A DNA stretch of 64,000 nt. Source: Octopus vulgaris. Taxonomy: Eukaryota. Both the position numbers and the translations under genes were made by a program. This document shows, piece by piece, positions 28,976 through 42,937 of the stretch (its first letter is position 1; every line of letters begins with the position of its first letter). The notes under the pieces were generated by a model. It searched no databases. It was not told the origin of the DNA and was given only the letters and a program-made list of their open reading frames with translations. The stretch lies in assembly GCA_951406725.2 (NCBI GenBank), contig OX597817.1, positions 22,258,001 to 22,322,000 on the forward strand, given 5' to 3'.

Positions 28976-29798
28976 AATATTTTGTATATGATGTCAAATA
29001 TACACTCTATTATTAAAACCAAGCAAATTAAATTTCAATATGTATGTATGCATGTATACACACAAGACAACTGTGTGTGGTGTGTATGAATGCACGCACT
29101 AATTCAATACACAACTAGGAAACCTAAAGTTTTGGAATGCCATAAAAACAAAATATTTTCTAATTTTGAAGAGGATATTCACAGAATTTTAATGCAAGAC
29201 AATTCTTTTGTTTCACTACAATAATTAAAACATTAAAAATAAAGTATAAAGAATGGAAAAAAAACCCAAACAAAATCAACCATAGAAATAGAAGTAAATA
29301 GAAAATAAACGATAAGTGAAGTTGAAGTAGTACATACAATTAAAGTCAGACTGAGATCAACATTTTGAAAGCCATCATCCTAGAATCCTTACAAAAGACA
29401 ATCAAATTTAGGCAAATCCACAGTCCAGCCAATTTTTGTCTGGACCCAGTTTCAAAAAGACAAACTAATAAAAGATATAGAAGTAATGTTATAGTTAAAA
29501 CTTACTCATCATATATATGAGATAATTTACCTCAGAATACTAAGAAAATATATATGCATGGATTAATGTGTCTGTGTGTGTGTGTGTGTATGTAGGAGAA
29601 ATTATGGTAAGCACAACTTTATTTCATTTGTTCTCTGTGTGTAAGTTGCAAGACAGTGGTTGATTGGATCCTCCCCAGTGGACGATCCAAGTGCAATTAG
29701 GTACTTAACTACAATGGATCATCAAGGGAATGCTTTCTTGCATTACATTATAGAGATCAATTATATATATATATATATATATGTCTGAATATGTATTT

Positions 29799-29840
<42 letters not shown>

Positions 29841-30308
29841 TTGTAAATCTATATGCATGTATGTATCTAAAAATGTTATGTTTGTATAGAGGCATAACAT
29901 ATATGCTGGAATATGTGTGTATATGTATGCTTGTTGATTAGTTATCAATGTGTGAATACAAGTGCAAAAGCTCATTTGTAGACAAAGTCTAAAAGCTATT
30001 TGCTTCAGAAAGGACTCAGCCTTAAACCTTTGCTCTAACTCAGATATTTGCTGATGTTAATTCTCTGAATATGATGATACCGGCCATATCTTCAAGCATC
30101 TTCTGCAGTTGTTTTAATTTTTCATGACTTGATAATAATTATTTTATTTCATTTTTATTTCACACCCACACACACACACACACACATACACACATGTCTA
30201 TATAGATAGTGATGCAAATAAACAAATTAGACTGGGGACACACACACAAAGTCACATATAAATATATATATATATATAGACAGATAAACATGTATATGCA
30301 TATACTTC

Positions 30309-30341
<33 letters not shown>

Positions 30342-30344
<3 letters not shown>

Positions 30345-30550
30345 GAGCATGAAAATCACAGAAAACGAAGAACAGAATATATAAATTCTTAACTCGACAA
30401 CTGTTTCAGGAAGCTCAGAGTTATGTAATAATTATAATATTAATAATTTACCAATGAAATACGCAAATTATGAATGTTAATTATTATGTAATTCTTGAAA
30501 CAGGTGTTGAATTAAGAAATTATGTATTTTCTTTTCTTAGTATTCTATAT
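30342..30550. mobile_element. Penelope-like inverted fragment pair carrying hammerhead 3' halves
   Basis: aattcttaactcgacaactgtttcagga vs tcttgaaacaggtgttgaattaagaaatt; minus strand reads GAAA-cagttg-TC-gagtt. Confidence 0.5.
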
Positions 30551-30871
30551 TATTTATGCTCTATGTAAATGTATATGTGAATATTTAAGTGTATATATGT
30601 CTTTATCATTCTGAATGTGTGTGTTCATGTGCACACATGTGTGTGTGTGGGAAGCCTAATTGTGTTTAGCTGCATCACTACCTCTATATCGGCTCATCTT
30701 GGATTTATCTTATTGCCACTGTTGATGCCATGAACCTAGTTCTGGATGAAGGACTCAAAGTTCTAATTCATTTGAGCATTATTACATGTTTTCTTTACTG
30801 AACATATCTAGCTCTCATCTATTGTCTGTGTGTATTTGTATACATACACACATATATATATATATATATAT

Positions 30872-30933
<62 letters not shown>

Positions 30934-30994
30934 CATATAAATATATATATGCACACACACATATATATGCATGTATATATATGTATATATACAA

Positions 30995-31036
<42 letters not shown>

Positions 31037-31244
31037 ATATATATACGCACACACACATATATATGCATGTATATATATGTATATATACAAACATACATAT
31101 ATATATATATATATATAAGCCTTACTTCAAGATAGTATTTCTGTTGACTTCATCTCATCTGTAATGTTATATATTTTATTTTTTTTATTTAGTCTAAAAT
31201 TTTAGTTATCTTCTTACCGTTATAATTATCATTTTTATCATTTT

Positions 31245-32508
31245 CATCAAGGGTGGTGAATTGCCAAAATTGTTTTGTATGCTAGGCAACAATGCCTAGC
31301 TGCACGTCTAGCTTTGCATTTTGAGTTCAAATTACACAGAGGTCGGCTTTGTCTTTCATAATTGCAGGGTTGATAAAATAAGTGCCAGGTCAGCATTGGA
31401 ATTGACGTAATTGACTAATCTTCTCCCCGTCAAAATTTCAGGCCTTTTACCTATAGTGGAAAGACTTATTGTCATTTCCTCTTGATAGAGAAGAATGCTG
31501 GACTAAGTTTCTTTTAATATTGTTTTTACTATCCTTTAGATTTTTGAGCTCAATTCTGAATGGACATCAATGAAATCTAGCTTTCATCCTTCTGTGAGCA
31601 ATAAAATTAGTACCAGTCAATTCAGTTGAATATACAACTCCATTACAAATTCATAGAGATCTGCTTAAAGGAGAAATAATAGTAACAATAATAATGATAA
31701 GTATCGTAATTTATAAGTGTGTAGGTGACAGAATTTGCAAAGTGATGGATAAAATATCTGATGGCATATAATACATTAGGCGGCGAGCTGGCAGAATCAT
31801 TAGCCCGCCAGGCGAAATGCTTTGCGGTATTTCGTCTGCCGTTACGTTGTGAGTTCAAATTCCGCCGAGGTCGACTTTACCTTTCATCCTTTCGGGGTCG
31901 ATAAATTAAGTACCAGTTACGCACTGGGGTCGATGTAATCGACTTAATACCTATGTCTGTCCTTGTTTGTCCCCTCTGTGTTTAGCTCCTTGTGAGTAAT
32001 AAAGAAATAGGTATATAATACATTCTTTAGTATCATAGGTTTGAATCTGTCCTGATTTGAGCTTGTCTTTCATCTAAAATAAGTACCAGTCACTTTCTGT
32101 TCTATATGTGGCTTTATGCCTATATTAGAAATTATCCTTATTATTCCTGCTTTCATTAGTACAATGTAGAAAATGGTTAGGGACATTTATTCTAGCTCTT
32201 TTGATTCTGAGTTCAAATTCTACTGAGGTCAACAGCTGTTCATCCTTACCGGGGTTGATAAAATGAATACATGCTGAACACTGAGGTTGATGTAATTGAC
32301 TGACCCCCCTCCCCACAAAGTTGCTGGCCTTGTGCCAAACTTTGAAAACGTTATTATTATCATTGTTATTATTTCATTTCATGGTCAACATTGTCTTTCA
32401 TCCTTTTGTGGTCAGTTGTATGAAATACTTGTGAAGTACTGGGGTCAAAGATATCAAACAACTCTCCTTTGCTCAGAATTGCTATTATTATTATTATTAT
32501 CATTATTA

Positions 32509-32551
<43 letters not shown>

Positions 32552-33392
32552 TTTTATGACAATATATTTCTTGCAGAGTCTAATGAGTTACCACAGAAAA
32601 TTTTAATGTCAAACTTCTGTTATGACTTCAAATATTCTTCTTCTTGTATCACTGAAATAAAATACCAGTGAGATACTAATGTCTACTTGGATATTCCCAC
32701 TTCTTGCAAATCAGCCAGTGGTAGTGATGGCAGTGGTAGTTGTGGTGGTGATGGCAGTGGTGGTAGTGATGGCAGTGGTAGTTGTGGTGGTGGTGGCGGC
32801 AGCAGCAGCAGCGGTGGTTGTGGTTATATCAATACAGGTGACTCTTCCTCAATGAACACTGCTGTAATTCCCATCAGATGATTTCTACTTTGATAGTCAT
32901 TTAGCTTTGGGGAAAGAATGGCAAAACCTCTTAGTTTCCGTCCTCTATAGAACATAGGTTTCATTCTACTCTAAGAACCTGTTTTAGCGTTTCGTATGTA
33001 AATATGAATTCTGAATTTTTATTTTTATTTATTTATTATTATTTGTTTTTGTGGTCATATGATTTATATGATATTCAGTGTTACCTCAAAACTTTTGGGA
33101 TTAAAGGGATTCTGTGACAGAAATTCAACTGGCAATTGTAACCATGTTACACACTGAAATTACTCAACACTGGTTATTGCATAGTTCTTGCTTAGGCTCA
33201 GTTCAAGGCAGCCAACTGTCAGAGTTCTTAGAGTACCTGATAAAATGTTTAGGGACATTTCTTCTGGCATTACATTATAAATTCAAATTCTGCCAAGATC
33301 AACTTTGCCCTTAATCCTTTCAGGGTCAATAAAATAATTACGAAGCACTGGGGGCCAAAGTCTCAAGCTTGTGCCTATTGTAGAAAGCATTA
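31245..33392 (+). mobile_element. Cluster of co-oriented SINE family B copies (young copy 31778-32012 with TSD atataatacatt)
   Basis: At least five gagttcaaatt/ctttcatcc/aagtaccag motif sets. Confidence 0.8.
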
Positions 33393-34018
33393 TTTAGGCT
33401 CAATAAAAGTGGAAACGGATGAGTAGGAGAAGCCAGTAAAACCAGATCAAAATAAATGACTTAGAATATCTGATACCTTCTCTCTTGATATCTTCACTCT
33501 TAGAGTGGAAATTCTGAGAGGAGAATGAATTAAGTAACCGTAAAATAGAGTCAGTTCAACGGTTTTTATCCAACCCTGAGAAATACTAAACTTGAACTTA
33601 AATGAAGAACTTAAATAAGGAATGGACATAATTTCACTGTACGACTGAATGCACATGCATATTCGTTTGTTTTCAGACACTATATATATTCAATCTCAGA
33701 AATAAGTTAAACCAAATGATTTAGCATACCTTTTAAGTAACCCATCTTCTGTTGAAAGTTCTGTTTACACTGAAACCTAATTTGACTGTCATTCCTAAGA
33801 TATAGATGTTGACATTATGAGAAGGAAATCATTAATATTACAGCCAAAGCTAATGCCGGTCATTGGGAAAAATTGCTTTACATCTAAGTATTCATAAATT
33901 GTACATACACTGACCATTAACACAAATTAATAATACAGGGACATGTGTGCATATGTACACGTATCTATATATGTGCACATATATATAAATATATATGTAT
34001 ATATATATTTATATATAT

Positions 34019-34203
34019 GGTTATCCGTAATAATGAAGGGTGAAATTAATTAATTTGGAATAATTATCAATTACACCAAGTAGTCTTCGGCATGTAAAAG
34101 CCTCATTCGAGGAAAATTTAAGTAATACTAAGCAATAAAGGGTTTAGCAACGAATTGCCTTACCTGTGGTAAGGCAATTCGTTGCTAAACCCTTTATTGC
34201 TTA
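34019..34203. mobile_element. Penelope-like fragment in (TA)n ending in a perfect 36-bp palindrome; related fragment at 48905-48990 (-)
   Basis: Arms 34129-34164 and 34168-34203, loop tgt. Confidence 0.6.
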
Positions 34204-34254
<51 letters not shown>

Positions 34255-34569
34255 GTATGAACATATATACATGTTCAAAAACATGTATATACATGTTCAA
34301 AAGCATGTATATACATACACATAAAAAAATATATGTAGTAACTGTCTAATTGAGACATGCTTGTTCTTGTGTCTGTTTTTTTCTCTCCTTGTCTGTTGTT
34401 TCTGTACACAAGCATATGCTCAAAAAACAAGACTTTTTCCCCCCATTGTTCCTGAGGATAAACTTAATACACTTTGTTCGTTTCACCTTGTCTTCATGTT
34501 ATACATAATGTTTGCATCACACACACACACATATACATCAATAAATATACACATGAATTACATATATAT

Positions 34570-34600
<31 letters not shown>

Positions 34601-34734
34601 TACAGACAAGAAAGTAAATTTCAAGCATGGTAATGTTGTAAGAACAACTTTACTGCTTTTGAAATTAACTTTCTCGTCTGTGAAATACCAAGCACATCTG
34701 ATGCTTTTAAAGTTTGTTTATAAAATGTTGTCAT

Positions 34735-34775
<41 letters not shown>

Positions 34776-36414
34776 TGTGTGTATATATGTATATATATAT
34801 TTATATATATATATATATATATAAGTATATATATGTATATATGTATATATATGTGTGTGTGTTTGTGTACACATATATGTATAAGCATACATACATATAT
34901 TTACACATATAGATATATATACATATATACATCCATCCATATATACACAGACATATATATATACATACACACACACATACATATATACACATGTACACAC
35001 AAATCTAAGTAAGTATAACCATAGAACTGTGTTAATTCTTTAATCTGAGCACTTGCTAAAGCATCAGATAGAATGTTTTGGTATTATTTTCTCAGAATTT
35101 AAATGCATTCCAGGTGATCTTTACTTTTCATCCTTTCATAGAAGGATATTAAAGTTCCATACGAGATGCCTTATAATAGTTGCCCATCTTTTCCAGCCTC
35201 TTGCATTCGTAGCTCAGATTCCACCCAGGGATTCAAATTTCATTTACGTCTATATCATCGACACTTACACTCTGAGAGAACGCAAGCCATGAAAATCTGT
35301 GGCACGGGCATCTCTTTGAAATCAGATTGGTCTCTTATGATCTCAACTTAATTGTGGGATGATTGCTTAGACTTTTGAAGACCAAACACTGATGGGATCT
35401 AACTCATAATTTCTTATTTCATACTTATCAAATTCTTTAGTGAATCATTCAATGATTTCAGAAACTTTGCAAACATTTTGGCAATGAGGAAAACCATTAT
35501 TTTTTTGCTTTACTTTTATTTTTGCCTATATAAGTATAAAAGTAATTCAGTCATCTAAAAAGATTGTGAGCCTATATTCCATTATTGGCACTGCTCTTTT
35601 TTTTTTGTCAGTTGTAAATAAGTATGTATGTGGAGGGATGGGTTATACATAAGGTATCACCAACTTCACACAGTTGCCAGTATAGCAGGTAAGAACAGTG
35701 TTAGCTTGACTCAGTTATGGACTTCACACAAAAAAAAAAAATGTTTGTTTGATGGTTTATAATGCAGAAATCAATATTGGTTCTCATTTACATGAGAATA
35801 AATGTCATTTTTGGTGTCTGTATAAACTTTTGTCGATGTGTCCTTTTGTTCATCTACTTATACAGAAATCCTCATAAAAATATAAGTGTACAGAATATCG
35901 TTGGGAGATACTTATATAAACACATAAATACACACATAGAGTTTTGCACTTATATAAACATGTTAGAATCATTAAATATTTTTCAGTACGCTGGAAAGGT
36001 TAAGGTAGTGTAATATTGCTCGTATAAATAAATCTCAATCCAATGTTGTAAATGATGATAATGGTGACGACGACAATGCCAACAACAATGATGACGATGA
36101 TTGTAGTAATGTTGATAAAGATATTGATAATGATAAAGATAGATGTAAGAAATAAAAGGATGTCAGAATGCAATGAACCGCCACTACGAACAACTTGTTG
36201 AGAAATGACAGAAAGTCTCATCCTACAAAGGATTCATAACCTTTAAGAAACTTACACCTACATTTTGAATGAGAAACCTGTTGTCAAGAGGCATAAAAAG
36301 CAGTAAAGAGTTACCTTTGAATTACCTTATACAATATGTGATGCTATCAAATGACAGTAAATGCAACAGTACATAAACCTGTCTGACTGTATAGATATTC
36401 TTTAATGGTAAAAA

Positions 36415-36551
36415 TTAAAATGCTCCCCTGACATCACTCAAGAAGGAAGCAGTTCTCACCAACAAACAGAAGCCTATGGGGAAAAGCAAGGATAACACTA
36501 GAATTCCTGCAACAGCTGTTGCCATGAAAGGTAGAAAGCGAAAGAAGGAAG
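36415..36551 (-). CDS. Candidate terminal exon encoding a transmembrane anchor: (A)SFFRFLPFMATAVAGILVLSLLFPIGFCLLVRTASFLSDVRGAF*
   Basis: Minus-strand acceptor gtttcattttcag|; about 45 codons open in phase 1; ~23-residue hydrophobic segment plus short tail; phase matches the 59322 donor. Confidence 0.6.
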
Positions 36552-37357
36552 CTGAAAATGAAACTGTATAGTTGATGATAATGAATATGATGATGATGAT
36601 GATGATAGCAATAATAATGATGTTGTTGTTGTTTTTGTTGTTGTTGTTGGTGGTAATATCCTCTCTGAATTTGTTGTTTTCATAATTTGGTGCTGGCATT
36701 CGAAACATTATTTGGCACTGAATCTTGGAATCGGTTCAAGTTTATGTCATATGACTACACACACAATTCTCATAAGTCCTGGCACAAGAGTAAACTAATG
36801 CATAGCCGTCAATCACAAAATGTTCTCTGTGTAAGATGCAAGAAAGGAAGCTAACACAAAAGCTATCTGCATAACAAGAAAAGTAAGTTAACAAACTGCG
36901 AGAGCCTAAGTTTTACTATTAAGGAAATGCAACACATGCAGCTCTCAGAAGATTGGATGCTACAACATAAACTAAACCTTTTACTCTGTATCATAATCGT
37001 TGTTGTTTTGTTGTTTCATAACAATGTTCTCATGTTAACCGTGGTGAAATAGCATTGGTAAATTCTGAGATTTACGTTCTGCCAGAGCAAATGATTTTTA
37101 TAGTTTGATGTCCTTTTCATTGCTAATTACACCATTGTGAAATAGCATGGAATCCTGTTGTGAGTCAAACAAACTGATCCAAGCACATTTTTATATATAT
37201 ATAAGCTTTGCACAGAAGTAAATTGATGAGATTTATTAATGTTTATCGTAAAAAGTCTTTTTTGTTTGTTTTAAGAGTTTGGTATAAACATTTGAGTAAA
37301 AGTAATATAGTTGATGAGCAATTTGATACTTTGAAGGAATACTGTTATGTGGAAAAG

Positions 37358-37804
37358 ATAGGTATGGATGGAATTTCAGTGAGTTGTAGTTCTGGTAAGA
37401 AAGGATTGAAAAAAAAAAAAAAAGAAAATTGCTTAATCCTTGTCTCCCAGGAATTTTGTAGAATTTATGATGTGAAATGGATTAAGCAAAAATGGAACAC
37501 ACTCATTACATTGATACTCACTTCCATATGAAGTGATCTAAATTAAAACCTTTTCCCCAAATTCTGTGTTAATTTACATTCCAATCACCAGATAAAGTTT
37601 AGGTGCAGGAGTGGCTGTGTGGTCAATAACTTGCTTACCAACCACATGGTTCCAGGTTCATTCCCGCTGCATGGCTCCTTGAGCAAGTGTCTTCTACAAT
37701 AGCCTCGATCCGACCAAAGCCTTGTGAGGATTTGGTTGATGGTGAAAGAAGCCCATCGTATATATATATATAGTGGATTTGGTTGATGGAAACTGAAAGA
37801 AGCC

Positions 37805-37861
<57 letters not shown>

Positions 37862-37894
37862 GTGTGTGTGTGTGTGTGTTTGTGTGTCTGTGTT

Positions 37895-37934
<40 letters not shown>

Positions 37935-38108
37935 CTTGTAAATCTATATCCATAGGTATGGATGGAATTTCAGTGAATTGTAGTTCTGGTAAGAAGGGAG
38001 TGAAAAAAAAAAAAAAAGAAAACAGCTTAATCCTTGTCTCCCAGGAATTTTGTAGAATTTATGATGTGAAATGGATTAAGCAAAAATGGAATGCACTCAT
38101 TCCATTGA
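37358..38108. repeat. ~155-bp direct duplication (37358-37515, 37952-38108) bracketing a MITE fragment and a SINE A copy (37600-37900)
   Basis: ataggtatggatggaatttcagtga...aaaaatggaa occurs twice. Confidence 0.9.
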
Positions 38109-38739
38109 AAGAAATAGAGAGCATGTCAGTTTCAGTAGAAGAAACAAAAAGTCACAGCTCAGTGGTTGATAAATGACTGCAGTGGAATAGAAAGTCAAGG
38201 CAGATGCTAAATGGTTGTTTATTGTATATGTAGTTTAGAATGTGAGTATACTGCGCATTTGTGTATGTGTATATGTGTGTGTGCACATGAGCACATGTGT
38301 GTATGTGTGAATGAGAAAAAACAAAATAAATCTCAGACATAAAGGGATTATTCATAGAGATTTGTAACTGTTATTCATGAGTGTTCTTAGAATATTTTGT
38401 GCTTTTAGCACTGTTGGATGTGACAAGGTTATTGTGACAAAATTGAAAATCGTTTTGATGTTTCTGTTTATTGAAAAACAAGCATATCTAATGAAGTGCT
38501 GCAGTTGCATGTGATAAAAGGTCTGATTCTGGAAAGAAATAGTAGAAGTCCATATACAGCAATATCATAAATTTGTCCTTTAAAAAACTATTACCCTTAT
38601 GCACAAGACTCAAAATTACTGAATGGCAAGTTCCTCGGTGAACTTGCAATTGGGAATCCAAGTTTTGCAAAGAAAAAAGAATACTTATATTAAATGAATA
38701 AAATGATAATGAATACATAATTAACATCTTGTTTGAAAG

Positions 38740-38873
38740 TCAATTTACTGCTAGTTTAAGAAATTCAGTAAATGGGAGCAAAAAACTTCCCATTTCCAGA
38801 ACGGATGTCAATATCTCACTGGTGATGTTCCCAGATAATATACTACTAAAATACGAACTGAGGCACATAGTCA
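38740..38873 (-). CDS. Candidate alternative terminal exon: (V)TMCLSSYFSSILSGNITSEILTSVLEMGSFLLPFTEFLKLAVN*
   Basis: Strong T-rich acceptor ggttttttatttttaag|; phase 1 stays open ~44 codons while the other two frames stop early. Confidence 0.4.
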
Positions 38874-39099
38874 CTTAAAAATAAAAAACCGAATAAAAAC
38901 AAAAATTAAAAAAAACACCTTCCCCTTAATAAAATATGTGATTCAAGGCTTAATTCTGGTAATCCAGTACCCTTATCTGCCTGATCTTTCTAAATCTGTT
39001 AGGTCTAGTTTAATTCTATTTTTTTCTTCCCCCAAAATAGTGAAAAATAAATTTAGAGTCGCAAGAAAAGCCTATAAAAAGTACGATATTTCTTTGAAT

Positions 39100-39529
39100 T
39101 AGGCGTAGGAGTGGCTGTGTGGTAGGTAGCTTGCTTACCAACCACATGGTTCTGGGTTCAGTCCCACTGCGTGGCACCTTGGGCAAGTGTCTTCTACTGT
39201 AGCCTCAGGCTGACCAAAGTCTTGTGAGTGGATTTGGTAGAGGGAAACTGAAAGAAGCCCATCGTATATATGTATATATATTTATATATATATATATGTG
39301 TGTGTGCGTGTATGTATGTATGTGTGTTTGTGTGTCTGTGTTTGTCCCCCCCAACATCACTTGACAACCGATGCTGGTGTGATTACATCCCCCATAACTT
39401 AGAGGTTTGGCAAACGAGATCGATGGAATAAGTACTAGGCTTACAAAGAATAAGTCCTGGGGTTGATTTGCTCTAATAAAGGTGGTGCTCCAGCATGGCC
39501 ACAGTCAAATGACTGAAAACAAGTAAAGA
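39100..39529 (+). mobile_element. SINE family A, full length
   Basis: Head to tail colinear with other copies. Confidence 0.92.
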
Positions 39530-40589
39530 AAATCAAACCTTAATTATTTTTAGTTATCAACCCTCAATCATTTTCATACAAACCGGCATAAGACTGTCTT
39601 TTATTCTGATACCCACTTCCTTATGAAGTGTTCTAAATTAAACTTTTCCCCCAAATTCTGTGTTTAATTTACATTCAAATCATCAGATAATGTTTAGTAA
39701 ATTCTTCATTATTTTTCAAATGAATTGAAATGAAGGCTGTGTTTCAATAGAAATATAGTTATGAAAGGGTTAAGCAATCTTCACAGATAACCAATTGAAC
39801 CAATTAATGTAAACAATAAACTTTGCTTTACAAGTTATAAAGTTGAAGCTCACTAACAAGTTCATACAATAATATGGAAATGAGTATTTTGATTAAATTA
39901 ATACTCACTGATATCAAATAAAGAAACTAGGTGGAGGAAGACACAACACTGAAAAGGAAGGAAATACTAAGGAGAGAGCTGGGAGTCTATGATTATATAT
40001 AATAAGATAATATGATATTCTTAAATTATATCTAGAACTGATCGAATGAATTTGTATGAATTAAATCAACCAAACAAATACACAGGAAAAAATATGCGCA
40101 TCTTATACATAATTCTATTCTACAAACACTTACATATAAACAAAACTAAATGTGTACCACAGCCAGAGTTGCCACTTAAATATAACCATAGTTGAAGAAT
40201 AAAGGGGTATTATATCGAATAGGAGTTAACAGGTACAAAATATATGTAAATTCCCATAGCCAGTAAAATATAAGATGTATAAGTTAATGCCAAACACCAT
40301 CTACATTTTCGAATATAAACTAATGTTAATGATTTTTCAGCTTTTTGTGTTGTTATCAACTGGTTGGCTGATAGGAACACATTTCTTTTCCGAATTCTTT
40401 GATTATTTTTCTTTCATTAATTTGAAAGGGGAAGTTTTTCCTGCAATATAATAGGATCATTAAACAAACTATGTCAGGTAATACTATATCTTTCCTCCTT
40501 GTTTTGTTTTCACTCATTCATCTTTTACTTAACTCTTCATCTGCATTGCTCAAAATGCTTTTACATATATTTATCTCATTTACATACAT

Positions 40590-40618
<29 letters not shown>

Positions 40619-40626
<8 letters not shown>

Positions 40627-40719
40627 AATATACCTATATATATTATGTATATATGAATATATGTATGTGCATATAAATCTATATATCTATATCTCTATAT
40701 TTATCTATCTATCTATATC

Positions 40720-40767
<48 letters not shown>

Positions 40768-40949
40768 AATGTGTGTGTGTATATGTACACACATGTATAC
40801 ATATTTGTCTGCATACATTCATACACACACATACTCACACACATACATGCACACGTGAATATATCTCTATATATTATATATATATGAATATATACATGTG
40901 CATATAAATCTATATATCTATATATCTATATTTATCTATCTATCTATAT

Positions 40950-40994
<45 letters not shown>

Positions 40995-41080
40995 CATACA
41001 TATATGCACACATGTATACATATTTGTCTGCATACATTCATACACACACACACACTCATACACACACATAAACACACATG
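40619..41080. repeat. ~230-bp tandem duplication of microsatellite-rich sequence
   Basis: cacacgtgaatata...gtgcatataaatctatatat at 40619 and 40851. Confidence 0.85.
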
Positions 41081-41799
41081 CATACACATACCCAAGTGTA
41101 CATGTATTAGTGTGTGTATTATCTTTTATATCATGCATTTATGAAGGTATTTATTCTTTGAAACAACATAGATGAAAGCTAGCATTGATATGTAGATTCA
41201 TAAGATTTATATATAAAGAATGTTTAGTTATAAATGTCTGATGCAGTTGTATTGAAGTATTAACAACTTAATATTCTACAGCTATTCTTTGGGGATGAAT
41301 TAGTTACTAAAGCATTGGTGCTTTTAAATCTTCAAGCATATTTTCATGTTTCTTTTGATGTTAACTTTAATCATATTGAAAACATAATTATGTTGAATAA
41401 AAGTATCTTCAGGGAGGTAATGTCTTTCTAAAGGTCAACATTTTTCACTTACTTTCATAATACCTAGCAGCTAAAGTGTGGTTACAATCTATATAGTAAT
41501 ATCTCTTGGTTAAAAGAAATGACACATAACTGCATGATTATAGTTAACTGTATAGCCATTTGTATAAATGATGGCTATCATGGGAACATGAATGCTATTT
41601 CAGTTTTTAAAATACCATATATTCCAGAAAATTCAGGAAAAAAAAAACGAAAAAAAAAAATTGGAAAATCTCTTGTCAATGGATTGGATTAACTTTAAAA
41701 CTGAGAATACTTTTGCTCAGTCTATTGTGATAAATATAAAAAATTACATCGCTTATGTATATGGTTAGCAAGAAGTTTAGTGTGAACTCATGTGTCAAA

Positions 41800-42240
41800 A
41801 CGTATATTGTTGTGTTTTGGGAAGGTCATTGTGCCAATAAAAAACATGCAGGCTGGCTCTATTTCACTTCTTTATTTTTATCTGTGAATTGGTTAACTAT
41901 TTAACATACCAACTAATCAGTTGGTCAATCAATCAGTCAATTAGATTTGTCAAAGTCCTTTCATCACTATTCACTACCTCATCAGTGATATGACCTCTCT
42001 ATTTTAGAGACAGACCTATAGTAGACTTGGAGTAGCAAAGGCATGTCTTTGGTGAGATCGTTAATTGTGATGTATAAACTTTGATAAACCTAGATGATTG
42101 GCTGATTAACTGAATGATTAATGAAATAATTCATTAGTTAATTGTTTCCAACTGAGGAAAAAAAAAATTAAAGAAGTGAAATGGAACCAGTGCATTTAAT
42201 TGGCATAATAACCCACCAAACTTACAACAAAATAAACCTA
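41800..42240. mobile_element. Old fold-back MITE-like element
   Basis: Inverted pairs ttgtgccaat/attggcataa, tatttcacttcttta/taaagaagtgaaatg, tagatttgtcaaagt/actttgataaaccta. Confidence 0.65.
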
Positions 42241-42937
42241 GTAACAAATTATGAAACTCTCAAGGTTCTGTTTATTGATTGGCTTATCATTATGAAGGAA
42301 TATTCTTAAACTGGCCAACTTACGTAGGTACCCTATAAAAGGACATAGTACTGATTTTCAAGAATACAAATGGTTTGGCTGCTTACATTACATAACAGCT
42401 GAGAATTTTCTAGAAGCCATTCATGCTAGTCAATACATTATTGGAGTGATATCAAGAAAAAATGTGTGGAAAACTATGGTCCTAAAATACGGAATACACT
42501 GCCATTAGCTTTCAAGTTTGCTCACCTGGTTTTGGTCTTTAAAAATTGAATGTTGGAAAAGTTTTAAAATACTCAAAATATCATTTATTTAACGTAAGCT
42601 CTTTACATATACTATTAGCTGAACATTATCCAGAAATCATTTCCAATTATTGTATTAGATCTGCATTTTTTTTTCATTGTTACATCATCAGCATTATTAT
42701 CATCTATTGATATGTATTTGTGGAAACAGGAATGAATATATATGCTAACACAGTTATAAATGTAAGAAGCATAAACAGAAACTTATATGAAAATATAAGT
42801 TTCATTCATGACATGAATACCTAATTTCTTTTTCATTAGTCTAATATACCACTCTGCCTCTCTAAAGTAATCAAGTTGACTTGTGCCTGAATAAGACCAT
42901 TTATTAAAATCATTTCATTCTAAGAAATACTTCCTTA

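Noticed and set aside
32687-32881. Gly/Ser-rich ORF
   Set aside because: (GGT/GGC/AGC)n simple repeat without convincing splice signals.
33476-33575. Minus-strand exon candidates (99-nt GWIKTVEL... or short EFPL*)
   Set aside because: Weak donor, no recognisable homology; short ORFs after any AG are expected by chance.
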